In this document: piece by piece, positions 1-9,507 of the stretch
Layout of the letters: the number at the start of each line of letters is the position of its first letter
How positions within the stretch are numbered: position 1 is the stretch's first letter
NCBI GenBank assembly: GCA_039933785.1
Contig: JBDTNL010000014.1
Location: 1,382-65,381, forward strand
DNA from: Acidobacteriota bacterium
GTDB lineage: Bacteria > Acidobacteriota > Thermoanaerobaculia > Multivoradales > JAGPDF01
Reading direction: 5' to 3'
DNA length: 64,000 nucleotides
Program-made: the position numbers and the translations under genes
Notes under the pieces: model-generated
Databases searched by the model: none
What the model saw: the letters and a program-made list of their open reading frames with translations, nothing else
Told to the model about the DNA's origin: nothing

Positions 1-668
1 AGGTCATCGAGGGTCTTGAAGTCCGCCGAGTGGCAGGAATAGCAACCGAGGTTCGAAGTGAGATAGCGACCGTACGCGACCTTGTCCTCGACCGGCGGCG
101 TCGCGATGACCTTCTGAGGGTAGGGCAGGGGCTTGAAGGCCGTGTGGGTGAGCAGCTTGGTCAGGAATGAGGGCTGCGTCGTGCCTGCCGGATCGCTGGG
201 GACCGCCGCGACCATCGGATCGTCGGAGCGCAGAAACGCGACGATCGACTGCAAGTCTTCGTCCGACATCAGGGGCAGCTTCACCATCCAAGGCGGCAGG
301 TACTGGCCCTTGCGATCGATGCCGGTGCGCAACAGATAGATCAGCTCGCCGTCCGTCCAGGTGCCGAGGCCCTTCTGCGCGTCCTGCGTGATGTTCTTGG
401 AAAACGCGACACCGAACTGGGCCGGAAGATCACCGAGCTGCTTGCCGGTGAGCTGCCGGGTGGTCGGGTTCATGTGGCAGTCGGCGCAGAGCATCTTGGC
501 GAACTTCCTGCCGCGCGCGACACGCTCCGGTGTCGGCTCGACCTTGATCTGGACGTTGCCGGTGGGGTAGCGCGGGATGCCGGTGGCAGCGACGTACGAA
601 GCGAACGCGCCCGCCGCGACCAGCACGAGGAGCAAGGCGTAGCCGAGGACCTTCAGAACCTTCTTCAT
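1..668 (-). CDS. c-type cytochrome (partial, runs off window start); N-terminal signal/anchor, two CXXCH haem motifs
   Basis: Minus-strand reading from ATG at 668 gives MKKVLKVLGYALLLVLVAAGAFA... with CADCH and CYSCH haem-binding motifs; continuous ORF to position 1; not in ORF track because truncated. Confidence 0.7.
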   Translation of the reverse strand, partial: MKKVLKVLGYALLLVLVAAGAFASYVAATGIPRYPTGNVQIKVEPTPERVARGRKFAKMLCADCHMNPTTRQLTGKQLGDLPAQFGVAFSKNITQDAQKGLGTWTDGELIYLLRTGIDRKGQYLPPWMVKLPLMSDEDLQSIVAFLRSDDPMVAAVPSDPAGTTQPSFLTKLLTHTAFKPLPYPQKVIATPPVEDKVAYGRYLTSNLGCYSCHSADFKTLDD

Positions 669-700
669 GCTTGAGGTTCCCTAGTGAAATGACCGCATCG

Positions 701-740
701 AGAAAAAGGCCCTGCCTCGAGAATGCTTCGAGGCAGAGCC
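701..740 (-). terminator. Rho-independent terminator downstream of the M36 protease gene
   Basis: Minus-strand hairpin GGCTCTGCCTCGA/TCGAGGCAGGGCC (9+3 bp, 7-nt loop) followed immediately by TTTTTCT; 25 nt after the stop at 765. Confidence 0.5.
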
Positions 741-764
741 GAGTTGACGACTACTGGCGGGTCT

Positions 765-3700
765 CTACTGACGCTGCTCGCGGCGCAGACGCGTGACCGC
801 CACCAGCAGGAGACCGAGGATGAGGATCATGAATCCAGTCGGCGAGAGGGTGGGCACCGCCGCGACGGCGAGGCCGGGCACGTCGAACGAGGTCGGGTCG
901 TTGGCGCCGCCGACGCTCGGATCGTCGGTCGTGCCCGACGACTCATTGGTGCCATTCAGATCGGCGTCGAACGAGATCGTTCCCTGGTTGCTGATCGTGG
1001 TGCCCTCGGTTCCGGAGTTGATGGTGGCCGTGATGGTGATGGTGACGCTACCGCTGGCCGGCACGCTGCCATTCCAAGTCGCCGTGTTGGCCGCAGTCGC
1101 CGCGGTGCCGCTGGTGGCGCTTGCGCTCACCAGCGTGAGGCTCGCTGGCAGGGTGTCGGTGAACTCGTTGCCGGGGTTGTCGAGCGTCGCGGAGCCGCCG
1201 CTGTTCGAGAGCACGACGGTGTAGGTTACGGTGCCGCCGACGCTGAAGGTGCCGCTCACCGTCTTGGTGGCCGTCAACGCCGCGCTCGCGACGCCGAAGA
1301 CGGTCGGGTCCGAAGCGCCGCCGACGCCGGGATCATCCGTCGTGCCGGAGGTCTCATTGGAGCCGCTCACGTCGGCGTCGAAGGAGGTGGCTCCCTGGTT
1401 GCTGATGTTGGTGCCCTGAGCGCCCGCGTTGACGGTCGCCGTGATGGTGATCGTCACGCTGCCGCCGAGAGGGGCGAGTGCGCCGTCCCAATTTGCCGTG
1501 TTACCGGCGGTGGCGGCGGTTCCACTGGTGGCGTTTGCCGAGACCAGCGTGAGGCTGGCGGGCAGGGTATCGGTGAACTCAGGTCCGGCGTTGTCGGCCT
1601 GGGTGCCGGTGCCGTTGTTGGTCAGGGTGACGGTGTAGGTGATGGTGCCTCCGACGCTGAACGTACCGCTCACAGTCTTGGTCGCCGTGACCGCGACGGC
1701 GGAGGTGAAGCCGCTGCAGACGAAGTGCACTGGCGTGACGATGATCGACCAGGAGTTGAAGCTGGCGTTGCCCGCCGGGCAGCCGCCGGTCGCGGCAGAG
1801 AAATTGTCGGCGACGAGCGCCGACCATGTGCCCTTGGTGCTGCTGCCGTCGAAGCGCGAAAGGTCGCCGATCGGCTCGGCGGGCCGAGTGGGATCGACGA
1901 GGGCTGCCCATGGAGAGTTGTACACCGGCAGGAAGGACTGGGTGTAGGGGGCGTCGGCGCTCGTCGCCTGGACCATGTCGTTGGCGCTGACCGCTGGGAG
2001 GTCGTCATCGATCACCATGTTCGCGATGCCTGGTCCGCCGCAATCGTTCAGGCCGTCGAGCAAGCTCATGAGATCGGTGCCGAGGCCCGAGGGCGAGTGC
2101 AGCATGGCGCTCAGGTCGCCCACGGCCGGGCCGGTGACATCGTCGACGCGGAAGTCGATATCGGCGATCTGGAAATCGTCCGTCACGTTGATCTGATGCA
2201 GAGCGCCGCGCGGCCTGTTGTCGGTGACCACCAGGTCCGGATTGGGATCACCAGTGTAGGTGACCGCGGGGTCGGTGCCGCTCGGTGCGCCGATCCGCAC
2301 GCGGAACGTCGTCGAGGTCGTTCCGAGGCTCGAAGTCGTCGTCAAGGTGAAATCGATCGCGCTACCACAAAGCACTGTGGGCGCGACGGCAAAGAGGAAG
2401 CTGTCGCCGGTTGCCGAGCCTTGGGGCGCGATGGCGCCGTAGGTCGACGCATTGTCGAGGATCGAGATTCCGGGCGTCGAGGTGCTCAAGGTCGCGGTCG
2501 CGGAGGCAACGGCCTTGCCCGCGGCGCGCCATGGGTTCGTCAGCTTGACGGTGAGCAGGATCGGCTCGCCGGGGTCGATTGCGCCGTTGTTGTTGGCGGC
2601 GCTGTCGTCGATGGTGACATCGGTGCTGGGAGCCGCGACATCCAGGAACGGCGAACTGAATGATTCGTGGATACCCTCGTGGCTGCGGACGTATCTGCCG
2701 CTGACACGGTACGGAGCCGAGGCGCCGTAGCCGAGGCCGCGATCGGCGAAGCCATCCCAGATCGACGCCTCGTTGGCGCAGGCGTTGGTGACGCAATCGG
2801 CCTGGATGATGGCGTCTCGGGCATCGGTGAACGTCGGGTTGACCGGCGTCATCTTGAGGCCGTTAATCACGTCCTGCAGCATGGTCTGGTTGCCGGTCGG
2901 TACGTCGCCGTTGGCGCCGGCGGGATCGGCGATGACTCGAGCGCGCACACCCCAGAGGGTCAGCGCCCAGATCTCGCCGGAGTTGTGAACCTCGGCGCCG
3001 CCATTCAGGTTGAAGCCCAGCGGATCCGGAGCGATGCCCCCAGACAGGTCGTTGGTGACATCGTCGACGTCCGCCCAGGTCATCGGGTTGACGGTGTGGT
3101 CAGTGGTGTACGGGAAGCGGCGGATGCCGTACAGGTAGTTGTCGAGGAGGCCGCCCAGCTTGTAGGTGGCGTAGGCGCCGCTGCCGTAATGCCCGCTTGG
3201 ACCATCGGCGTTGGTGTTGTTGAGCAACGACATGGCCACGAAGTCGCTCCAACCTTCACCCATGCCACGAGCGGGATCCCAGTTGAGGCCCACGGCGTTT
3301 CCGACCAAGCGATTGCTCGTCCCGTGGGTGAGCTCGTGCATCAGGATTTCGGCATCCAGGTCACCGTCACGGTCGATCGTCGGTCCCGTGAAGCGAAACA
3401 TTTGAGCGCGCCCCGACGTGCCGTCCGGAGGAGTGGCGAAGTTTGCGTTATTGACTCCGGAGCCATCTTCGGCATCGGCATTGACTCGATCGTTGCCGAG
3501 GCCCATACCGCTGAAATTGGTCTGCTGGAAGTTCGCCGAGGCCTCGTCGAATCCTAGGGCGAAGAGCTTGTCGTGATACCAATTCGTCACATAGAACAGT
3601 TGGGTCACAGCGCCGCGGCGGTACTGGTCGATCGCCAGCGTACCGTTGTTGCCATTGCCCGTTGAGGTCTGGCCGGCTTCGGGGTTGCCTCCCTGTGGCG

Positions 3701-5048
3701 GAGGCAGGAAACCGGTCTGAAAATCGCGCGGAGCGGTGCCGAGGAAATCACGGTTGCGCGCGTTGGCGTCGGGATTTCCCGTGGGCCGTCCGTTTCCATC
3801 GAGCACGCTAGCGGCGCTCGTATCGCAAACGTTGTTGCCCGTGCCGTCGCGGTCGAGGCAGGCGAGAACGTTGTTGCCGAGCGTCTGGGTTTCGTTCGCC
3901 GTGCAAACGCCGCCCGGGCAGTCGTCGATCCAGCCATTCTGGCTGGCCGCTGCGTCGTACGCGGTGTGCATGCTGACGATGGTCGCCGCGATTTCGGGGA
4001 ACTGGGTTCCCGATCCGACCGCTACCGTGTTTGGCGACTGGGGAGCCGGACTGTCGGCCGGGGTCGTGCCGTCTGCCTGAACGTAGACCCGGAACCGCGC
4101 GTCGTGCGCCGAGGCGTAGTCGCGGATGTTCTTGCGCCACAGCAAGTCGCCGGTCTGCGCGTCGACGAGGGCATACCAGTCCTGATCGCCAGAGGTGAAC
4201 ACCACCAGGGACCAGGCCGGCACGAGGACGCCGGGAGACAACGGAAACAGCATTTGCCGGGCTGTGATCGTGCCGGCGACGAAGTCGTCGGTCTCGTCGA
4301 GCTCGATCCGTCCGGCCTTCTCGGACGCCACTGTGAAGTCCGCCTTGGCGGCGCTCCTGCCGCTTGCGGTCAACAAACGTACGACGGCGTCGGCGGGCGA
4401 TAGAGTCTCGTTCGCCGCTGAGACGACCGTTCCCCGCGCATTCGGCACCATGTCGCCGAGAGTTTGGATCAACCTCCCGCTACGATCGAGGATGAACCGC
4501 GTTTCGCTCTGAAAGACTGGACGACCGTCGATCTGCTGCTCCAGGCGCAACATGCGAAGACCACTCTCGCCGCCGGAGCTGTCGCCCAGGACGACCAGAT
4601 CCGCCAGGTCTCCTGAGGTCAATCCGTAGATCGCCCGATTGGCGCTCAGGAATTGCCGGACGATCTGTTCGCTGCCGGCGCCCGACGGGCCGGTGAGTGC
4701 CCCCTGTTTGTTGCTCACCGTGCTCGGCGCACCCGTGAGGTTCGACAGGCGCACGTCGAGACCTGGCATCGAGAGCTGGCGGGACGCGATGGCTGCCACG
4801 ACGCTCGCGGCAGTGGTCTTGGCGCGCGCGATTCCGGCGGCCTTGCTCGCTGGCCGAGCGGCCATGGCGCTCGCGTAGGAGGCTTTGAGGTTGACGCGGG
4901 CATCCAACATGTTGCCGTCCCGGCCCGACTGGTCGGTCGGAGCGACGATCGCCGACGCCAGCGTCGACTGGCCGAACGTGGCGAACGTGACGAGCATTGC
5001 GATGGCGAGCGAGATGCGGCTGGAGCCGCGGCCCATGCATAGAGACAT
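765..5048 (-). CDS. Secreted M36 (fungalysin-type) zinc metalloprotease, 1427 aa, with FTP propeptide-like region, two DUF11-type repeat domains and IPTL-CTERM-like sorting tail
   Basis: Signal peptide; HELTHG zinc motif plus GEGWSDF (M36 signature); repeated TVSGTFSVGGT.TYTV.L.N.G (DUF11-like); C-terminus VPTLSPTGFMILILGLLLVAVTRLRREQRQ (IPTL-CTERM pattern); RBS GGAGGG 7 nt before ATG 5048. Confidence 0.85.
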   Translation of the reverse strand: MSLCMGRGSSRISLAIAMLVTFATFGQSTLASAIVAPTDQSGRDGNMLDARVNLKASYASAMAARPASKAAGIARAKTTAASVVAAIASRQLSMPGLDVRLSNLTGAPSTVSNKQGALTGPSGAGSEQIVRQFLSANRAIYGLTSGDLADLVVLGDSSGGESGLRMLRLEQQIDGRPVFQSETRFILDRSGRLIQTLGDMVPNARGTVVSAANETLSPADAVVRLLTASGRSAAKADFTVASEKAGRIELDETDDFVAGTITARQMLFPLSPGVLVPAWSLVVFTSGDQDWYALVDAQTGDLLWRKNIRDYASAHDARFRVYVQADGTTPADSPAPQSPNTVAVGSGTQFPEIAATIVSMHTAYDAAASQNGWIDDCPGGVCTANETQTLGNNVLACLDRDGTGNNVCDTSAASVLDGNGRPTGNPDANARNRDFLGTAPRDFQTGFLPPPQGGNPEAGQTSTGNGNNGTLAIDQYRRGAVTQLFYVTNWYHDKLFALGFDEASANFQQTNFSGMGLGNDRVNADAEDGSGVNNANFATPPDGTSGRAQMFRFTGPTIDRDGDLDAEILMHELTHGTSNRLVGNAVGLNWDPARGMGEGWSDFVAMSLLNNTNADGPSGHYGSGAYATYKLGGLLDNYLYGIRRFPYTTDHTVNPMTWADVDDVTNDLSGGIAPDPLGFNLNGGAEVHNSGEIWALTLWGVRARVIADPAGANGDVPTGNQTMLQDVINGLKMTPVNPTFTDARDAIIQADCVTNACANEASIWDGFADRGLGYGASAPYRVSGRYVRSHEGIHESFSSPFLDVAAPSTDVTIDDSAANNNGAIDPGEPILLTVKLTNPWRAAGKAVASATATLSTSTPGISILDNASTYGAIAPQGSATGDSFLFAVAPTVLCGSAIDFTLTTTSSLGTTSTTFRVRIGAPSGTDPAVTYTGDPNPDLVVTDNRPRGALHQINVTDDFQIADIDFRVDDVTGPAVGDLSAMLHSPSGLGTDLMSLLDGLNDCGGPGIANMVIDDDLPAVSANDMVQATSADAPYTQSFLPVYNSPWAALVDPTRPAEPIGDLSRFDGSSTKGTWSALVADNFSAATGGCPAGNASFNSWSIIVTPVHFVCSGFTSAVAVTATKTVSGTFSVGGTITYTVTLTNNGTGTQADNAGPEFTDTLPASLTLVSANATSGTAATAGNTANWDGALAPLGGSVTITITATVNAGAQGTNISNQGATSFDADVSGSNETSGTTDDPGVGGASDPTVFGVASAALTATKTVSGTFSVGGTVTYTVVLSNSGGSATLDNPGNEFTDTLPASLTLVSASATSGTAATAANTATWNGSVPASGSVTITITATINSGTEGTTISNQGTISFDADLNGTNESSGTTDDPSVGGANDPTSFDVPGLAVAAVPTLSPTGFMILILGLLLVAVTRLRREQRQ

Positions 5049-5128
5049 CGAAATCCCTCCAAGAATGAATTCGGTGCACTGCGGTTTCGGTAGGAGATTT
5101 TTACCACAGAAACGGCGGTCGCAGGCCG

Positions 5129-6877
5129 CTATTCGCCCCCAAGAAACGCCGTGGTGAGGAGTGGCACATAGGTGATGAGCAGCACCCCTCCGAGGAGGAC
5201 GAGCAGCATCGGCAGGACCGATCGATAGACCTCGAGTATCGGCCGCTCGAATCGATACGACGCGAGATACAAGTTGAGCCCCACCGGCGGCATCAGATAA
5301 CCGAGCTCCAGGTTGGCGATGAAGATTACGCCCAGATGCACGGGGTGAATGCCGAACGCGAGCCCGAGCGGCACGATCAGCGGCACCACCACGGCGATGG
5401 CCGAGAAGATGTCCATCAGGCAGCCGACCAGCAGCAGGAACACGTTGAGCCCGAGTAGGAAGACGTATTTGGAGTGCACGTGCTCACGCGTCCATTCGAG
5501 CATGTGGGTCGGGACCTGCGCGTCGACCAGGTAGCTGGTAAGGCCCACCGCGACGCCGAGGATGACCAGCACGCCGCCGACCAGGAGGGCCGAGCGCCAG
5601 AGCACGCGGTAGAGATCGCGGCCCAATCCGATATCGCGATAGATCACGCACTGGATGATCAGCGCGGATAGCGCGGTGAGTGCCGAGGCCTCGACGAGGG
5701 TGGTCTTGCCCGAGAAGATGCCGAAGAGCACGATGACCGGGAGGAGCAGCTCCCACTTCGCCGCCCACAGCGCGCGGAGCGCCTCGCCGCGATCGAACTT
5801 TCTCCGGACGGTCTGGCCGCGCGTGCCTTCGCGCACGCCGAGCGCGGCGGCGATGGTGAGCAGGAGGAGCCCCGGGAGCTGGCCACCCTTGAAGAGATCG
5901 GAGATCGGGGTCTTCGAGACGATGCCGTAGAGGATCATCGGCAGGGCCGGCGGAAACAGCAGGCCGAGCGAACCCGACGCGGTGAGCAGGCCGATCGAGA
6001 AGCGCTCGCCGTAACCATCCGCGCGAAGTGCTTTGTAGAGGAAGGGACCGAGGGCGAGAATGGTGACGCCCGAGCCACCGGTGAAGGTGGTGAAGAACGC
6101 CGAGAGCACCACGCACATCACCGCCGTGCCGCCGGGAACCCAACCGAAGAGGCCGCGGAAGAGTCGCAGGAGCCGTTCCGGCGCCTTGCCTTCCGCGAGC
6201 ACGAATCCGGTCAGCGTGAAGAGCGGAATGGCAGGCAGCGCCGCGTTCACCGCCAGGCGGTAGGTTTCGATCGGCACCGCCGCGATGGGCTCACCCGCGG
6301 CCATGAAGAGCAGAATGGCGGCGCCGCCGAGCGCCGAGAAGAGCGGCGCGCCGAGGAGTGTGGCGACCGCAACGATGAGTAGTCCCGGCCACGCCGCATG
6401 ACCGGCCAACCATTGCGGTTCGAAGCTGAGCAGCAAGCCTGCCGCCGCGCCGACGGCGGCGACCGTGCGCTCGCGCCAGGTCGGCCCGGTGCGCCGCACC
6501 AAGCGCCAGGCGATGAGGGTGAAGGCGAGCGGCAGGACGCTCTGGATGACCCAGATCGGTGCGATCGCGATCCGCTCACCGGTTTCGTACTCGAGCTTGA
6601 CCAGGTCGAACCCGGCGCGCGCGAGGAGCATGGCGACTCCCGCGCCGACCGCCGTCGCGGCCGCCGCGGACCAGCGTCGAATGGCGCCCTGGGGAAGGAA
6701 CTCACCGGTCGCGAGCGCCAGCAAGCGGCCCTCGCGCGCCGCCAACGCGGCGCCGAGGAACCCCACCCAGAGCACCAGGTTCTGAACGATCGGCTGTGAA
6801 CCCGAGATGCCGGTGTGGAAGATCTCTCGCGCCACCATTTCAGCGAGCGGTAGCACCACCATCACCGCCAGGGCCAA
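5129..6877 (-). CDS. TRAP transporter fused small/large permease (DctQ-DctM fusion), 582 aa
   Basis: ~18 predicted TM segments; N-terminal DctQ-like region then DctM-like 12-TM region; TTG start; immediately downstream of dctP. Confidence 0.85.
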   Translation of the reverse strand: MALAVMVVLPLAEMVAREIFHTGISGSQPIVQNLVLWVGFLGAALAAREGRLLALATGEFLPQGAIRRWSAAAATAVGAGVAMLLARAGFDLVKLEYETGERIAIAPIWVIQSVLPLAFTLIAWRLVRRTGPTWRERTVAAVGAAAGLLLSFEPQWLAGHAAWPGLLIVAVATLLGAPLFSALGGAAILLFMAAGEPIAAVPIETYRLAVNAALPAIPLFTLTGFVLAEGKAPERLLRLFRGLFGWVPGGTAVMCVVLSAFFTTFTGGSGVTILALGPFLYKALRADGYGERFSIGLLTASGSLGLLFPPALPMILYGIVSKTPISDLFKGGQLPGLLLLTIAAALGVREGTRGQTVRRKFDRGEALRALWAAKWELLLPVIVLFGIFSGKTTLVEASALTALSALIIQCVIYRDIGLGRDLYRVLWRSALLVGGVLVILGVAVGLTSYLVDAQVPTHMLEWTREHVHSKYVFLLGLNVFLLLVGCLMDIFSAIAVVVPLIVPLGLAFGIHPVHLGVIFIANLELGYLMPPVGLNLYLASYRFERPILEVYRSVLPMLLVLLGGVLLITYVPLLTTAFLGGE

Positions 6878-6915
6878 GGCGGCGAGGCCCTGCTCGGAGC
6901 GCCGCAGGAAGACGT

Positions 6916-7971
6916 TCAGCGCGAGGCTCCCGGCTTGGCTGCGGGCTTGGTCGTCGGCTTGGGGCCGGACTTTCGATATTCATCCCGCAGTTTGAGCGCG
7001 GTGTCATAAGCGTCTGCCGGCACCACCACGCCGCGCATGGTGGTGAGGAGCTGCTCGGCCTCCTTGCGCCAGACGCCTTCTTGCGCCGCATCGATCGACA
7101 CCACCTTGAGTCCACGCTTGACCATCTCGGCGGTCGCCACCTTGTCCTGCTTGCCAGCCTCCTCCTGGAGGCGTTTCTCGGCGTGGCCGGCGGCCTCGAG
7201 CATCTTCTTTTGATCCTCCGGTGAGATTGCGTCCCAGGTCTTCTTGGTCAGAATCGTTCCGCCGAGCAGTGGGCCCATGCCGAGCTCAAGCATGTTGGGG
7301 AGCTGGCGGTACCACTGCAGGGTCAGCGCGGCGAGTGGAGTCGTCGGCATCGTCTGCAGCATTCCAGTCTGCAGGGCCGTCGGGATGTCGGTGGTCGAGA
7401 TCGCGACCGGCTGGAAGCCTTGCTGCTTCCACCAGCTGGTCATCTGGTCATCGCCGGCAAAGGAGAACATCTTTGAGCTCTTCAAGTCCGCCACGGTGGC
7501 CACCGGCTTGGCGCTGAACAGGTAGACCCAACCGACCTCACTCCAATTCAACAGCACGAAGCCCTTGGCCGCGAGTCGCTGCTCGAGCACGGGAGTCATC
7601 GCGGCCAGCACGGCGCGCATTTCTTCGTAGGAGGCGAAGAACAACGGCAAGCGGAACACCTTGAACGCCTCGTCGATTTCCGCCAGCCCATTCATCGAAA
7701 TCACACCGGCTTGGAGCTGGCCGACGCGCATCTTGCGCAGCATGTCGGGATCGTCGCCGGCGATGCCGCCGGCGTACAGGCGCATGGTGACGCGATTCGA
7801 GGTCGCGGTGCCCCACTCCGTGCCCATGTCTTTCACCGCCTGATACCAGACCGTGCCCTCCGGCAGTACGGTGGCGGTCTTGATCACTGTTGGGATGGCG
7901 GGACCTGCGTGAGCGGCATTGGTTGCGAGTATGGAAAGGGCCGCGATCGCGGCCGAGGTCGAGAGCTTCAT
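6916..7971 (-). CDS. dctP: TRAP transporter substrate-binding protein (DctP/TatP-type)
   Basis: Start moved to in-frame ATG at 7971 (MKLSTSAAIAALSILATNAAHA signal peptide, RBS GGAGAA); upstream ORF extension overlaps tatT in another frame. Confidence 0.85.
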   Translation of the reverse strand: MKLSTSAAIAALSILATNAAHAGPAIPTVIKTATVLPEGTVWYQAVKDMGTEWGTATSNRVTMRLYAGGIAGDDPDMLRKMRVGQLQAGVISMNGLAEIDEAFKVFRLPLFFASYEEMRAVLAAMTPVLEQRLAAKGFVLLNWSEVGWVYLFSAKPVATVADLKSSKMFSFAGDDQMTSWWKQQGFQPVAISTTDIPTALQTGMLQTMPTTPLAALTLQWYRQLPNMLELGMGPLLGGTILTKKTWDAISPEDQKKMLEAAGHAEKRLQEEAGKQDKVATAEMVKRGLKVVSIDAAQEGVWRKEAEQLLTTMRGVVVPADAYDTALKLRDEYRKSGPKPTTKPAAKPGASR

Positions 7972-7993
7972 GGTCGTTCTCCAGGTTGATCGA

Positions 7994-8923
7994 TCAGAGG
8001 AACAAGTCGTCGGCCCGCCCCTGGAGCAGGCGGGCGCGGTACTGCGCCACCAGGTTGGCGAGCCGGTTGGCCGGGAACGCATCCGGATCGATCGCCAGCG
8101 CGCGGGCGAGCGCGGCGTCGAAACCGGCGCGATCCTGGGTGGCGACGGCGACGCTCGCGGCCCAAGTCACGAACAGCGAGGCATCGTGCCCGCCGCTGAG
8201 CGCCAGCGCTCGTTGGTAGTGCTGCTGGGCACGCTCCGGATTGCCTCCCATCATCGGCGAGAGGGCGTCGAGAGAGATCAACGCGGCGTGGAGCGCGCCG
8301 GCCTGGAAGTCTTCCTGCAGCGCCAAACCGCGCTCGAGCAGGGCCCGCACGGCCGGCAGATCGGCGAGCAGCTCGGGGTGGTCCTTGCCGGAGGCGATCG
8401 CAGCGCCCCATGAGGCGCCCGTCCAATAGAGGAGGGGCACGTCGGCGAGGGTGCAGGCGGCGACGGCAGCCATGGGATCCTTGCGCAGCGCCTCGCCGAT
8501 GCCCGGATGAGCAAGCTCTAGACCGCGCAACGCGTAGTCGCGCGCCCGCACGTACATGCGCCGAGCGCGCTCGCGCGCCGCGGCGGCGGCGGCGGGGTCA
8601 TGAGCCTCCGCCTGCAGCACGTCGGTCTCGAGGAAGGCGTAGGCGTATTGCGTGAAACCGCCCGCCGCCGCGAGCAACAGGTCCGGGTTGCGCGGATCGG
8701 ACGCCAGGAGCGACTCGACGGTTTTGAGGGTTGTAGGCAAGGCCTCGCGGACCAGCTCGAGGTCGTCGTCCGAGGCCCAGACCGAACCGCCGGTGGCGAG
8801 CGACTTGGCCACGGAGCGCACCGCGACGCGGCGCACGCCGGCGCAGCCGCCGAGCAGCACGACCAAGAGGACAATTCCTGAGAGAACGCGGCTCGGGTGC
8901 CCGCGGGGAGGGACGCGCTTCAT
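7994..8923 (-). CDS. TRAP-associated TPR lipoprotein (TatT family)
   Basis: Start at ATG 8923 (MKRVPP...LLGGCAG lipobox) overlapping upstream stop (ATGA); helical/TPR-like composition; position directly 5' of dctP as in TPR-protein-associated TRAP transporters. Confidence 0.6.
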   Translation of the reverse strand: MKRVPPRGHPSRVLSGIVLLVVLLGGCAGVRRVAVRSVAKSLATGGSVWASDDDLELVREALPTTLKTVESLLASDPRNPDLLLAAAGGFTQYAYAFLETDVLQAEAHDPAAAAAARERARRMYVRARDYALRGLELAHPGIGEALRKDPMAAVAACTLADVPLLYWTGASWGAAIASGKDHPELLADLPAVRALLERGLALQEDFQAGALHAALISLDALSPMMGGNPERAQQHYQRALALSGGHDASLFVTWAASVAVATQDRAGFDAALARALAIDPDAFPANRLANLVAQYRARLLQGRADDLFL

Positions 8924-9444
8924 TTCGATTCGCCTTCGGTTTGCAATGTACCGGCGCCAAGCACCGGGGTCAAGCCGGCCACCCCGGGCGGCTCGGCCTC
9001 GCTCCGCCCGACCCGTGGCGAACGGCGTTGACGGATTGCCGCCAGCCGGCCGCTCCCGAGCCCGAGGATCAGCGTGACGACGGCCATGAGCGCGGTAAGC
9101 CACGCGAAGTGACCGGTGCTGTGCCAGCGCTCGAGGACCGCGACTGCGAGCACCGCCGCAGCCAGGATCGAGATTCGGTTGGCGCCGCCGAGCTCTGCGG
9201 CGAGCTCCGCGCGGACCTGGAGCAAGGAACGCAGCAACAGTGCGCCGAACGCGACTTCGAGCAAGGCCAGCGACAGGGCCAAACCATGTGCCTGCCCGAG
9301 CAGACTCTGGGCGCCAGTGAAGAGTAAGGCTACCGCCGGAACGATGGTTTGAACCGCGCGTATGGAATCGACCCGCTCGCGGCGCCGCGAGCGCTGCGGA
9401 ATCGACCGGATCTCGGGGCCTGGGGCGTCGGAATCGTCCGTCAC
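8920..9444 (-). CDS. Hypothetical small integral membrane protein (174 aa), first gene of TRAP operon
   Basis: 3-4 hydrophobic segments; stop overlaps tatT ATG (AAATGA) indicating translational coupling. Confidence 0.5.
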   Translation of the reverse strand: MTDDSDAPGPEIRSIPQRSRRRERVDSIRAVQTIVPAVALLFTGAQSLLGQAHGLALSLALLEVAFGALLLRSLLQVRAELAAELGGANRISILAAAVLAVAVLERWHSTGHFAWLTALMAVVTLILGLGSGRLAAIRQRRSPRVGRSEAEPPGVAGLTPVLGAGTLQTEGESK

Positions 9445-9507
9445 TGGCGAGTGAGCCTACTGTGGGGGGCGTCCGGCTCCAAACCGGCGATTCCTGGCCG
9501 CGCGCAA

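Noticed and set aside
723-2663. 646-aa plus-strand ORF (and neighbours 2667-3557 and 3966-4403) antisense to the M36 protease gene
   Set aside because: Arg/Gly/Asp-rich low-complexity translation typical of the mirror frame of a high-GC gene; the minus-strand protein has clear catalytic motifs.
5162-5178. TGGCACataggTGATG sigma-54-like -24 element
   Set aside because: No GC/TTGC at the -12 position and located inside the dctQM coding region.
9349-9507. N-terminal extensions of ORF-track ORFs (9349, 11289, 20051, 22345-23745 upper part, 35384, 37087, 41886, 55031, 57066)
   Set aside because: Each extension overlaps a neighbouring gene or lacks an RBS; an internal start with RBS, signal peptide or start/stop overlap fits better.
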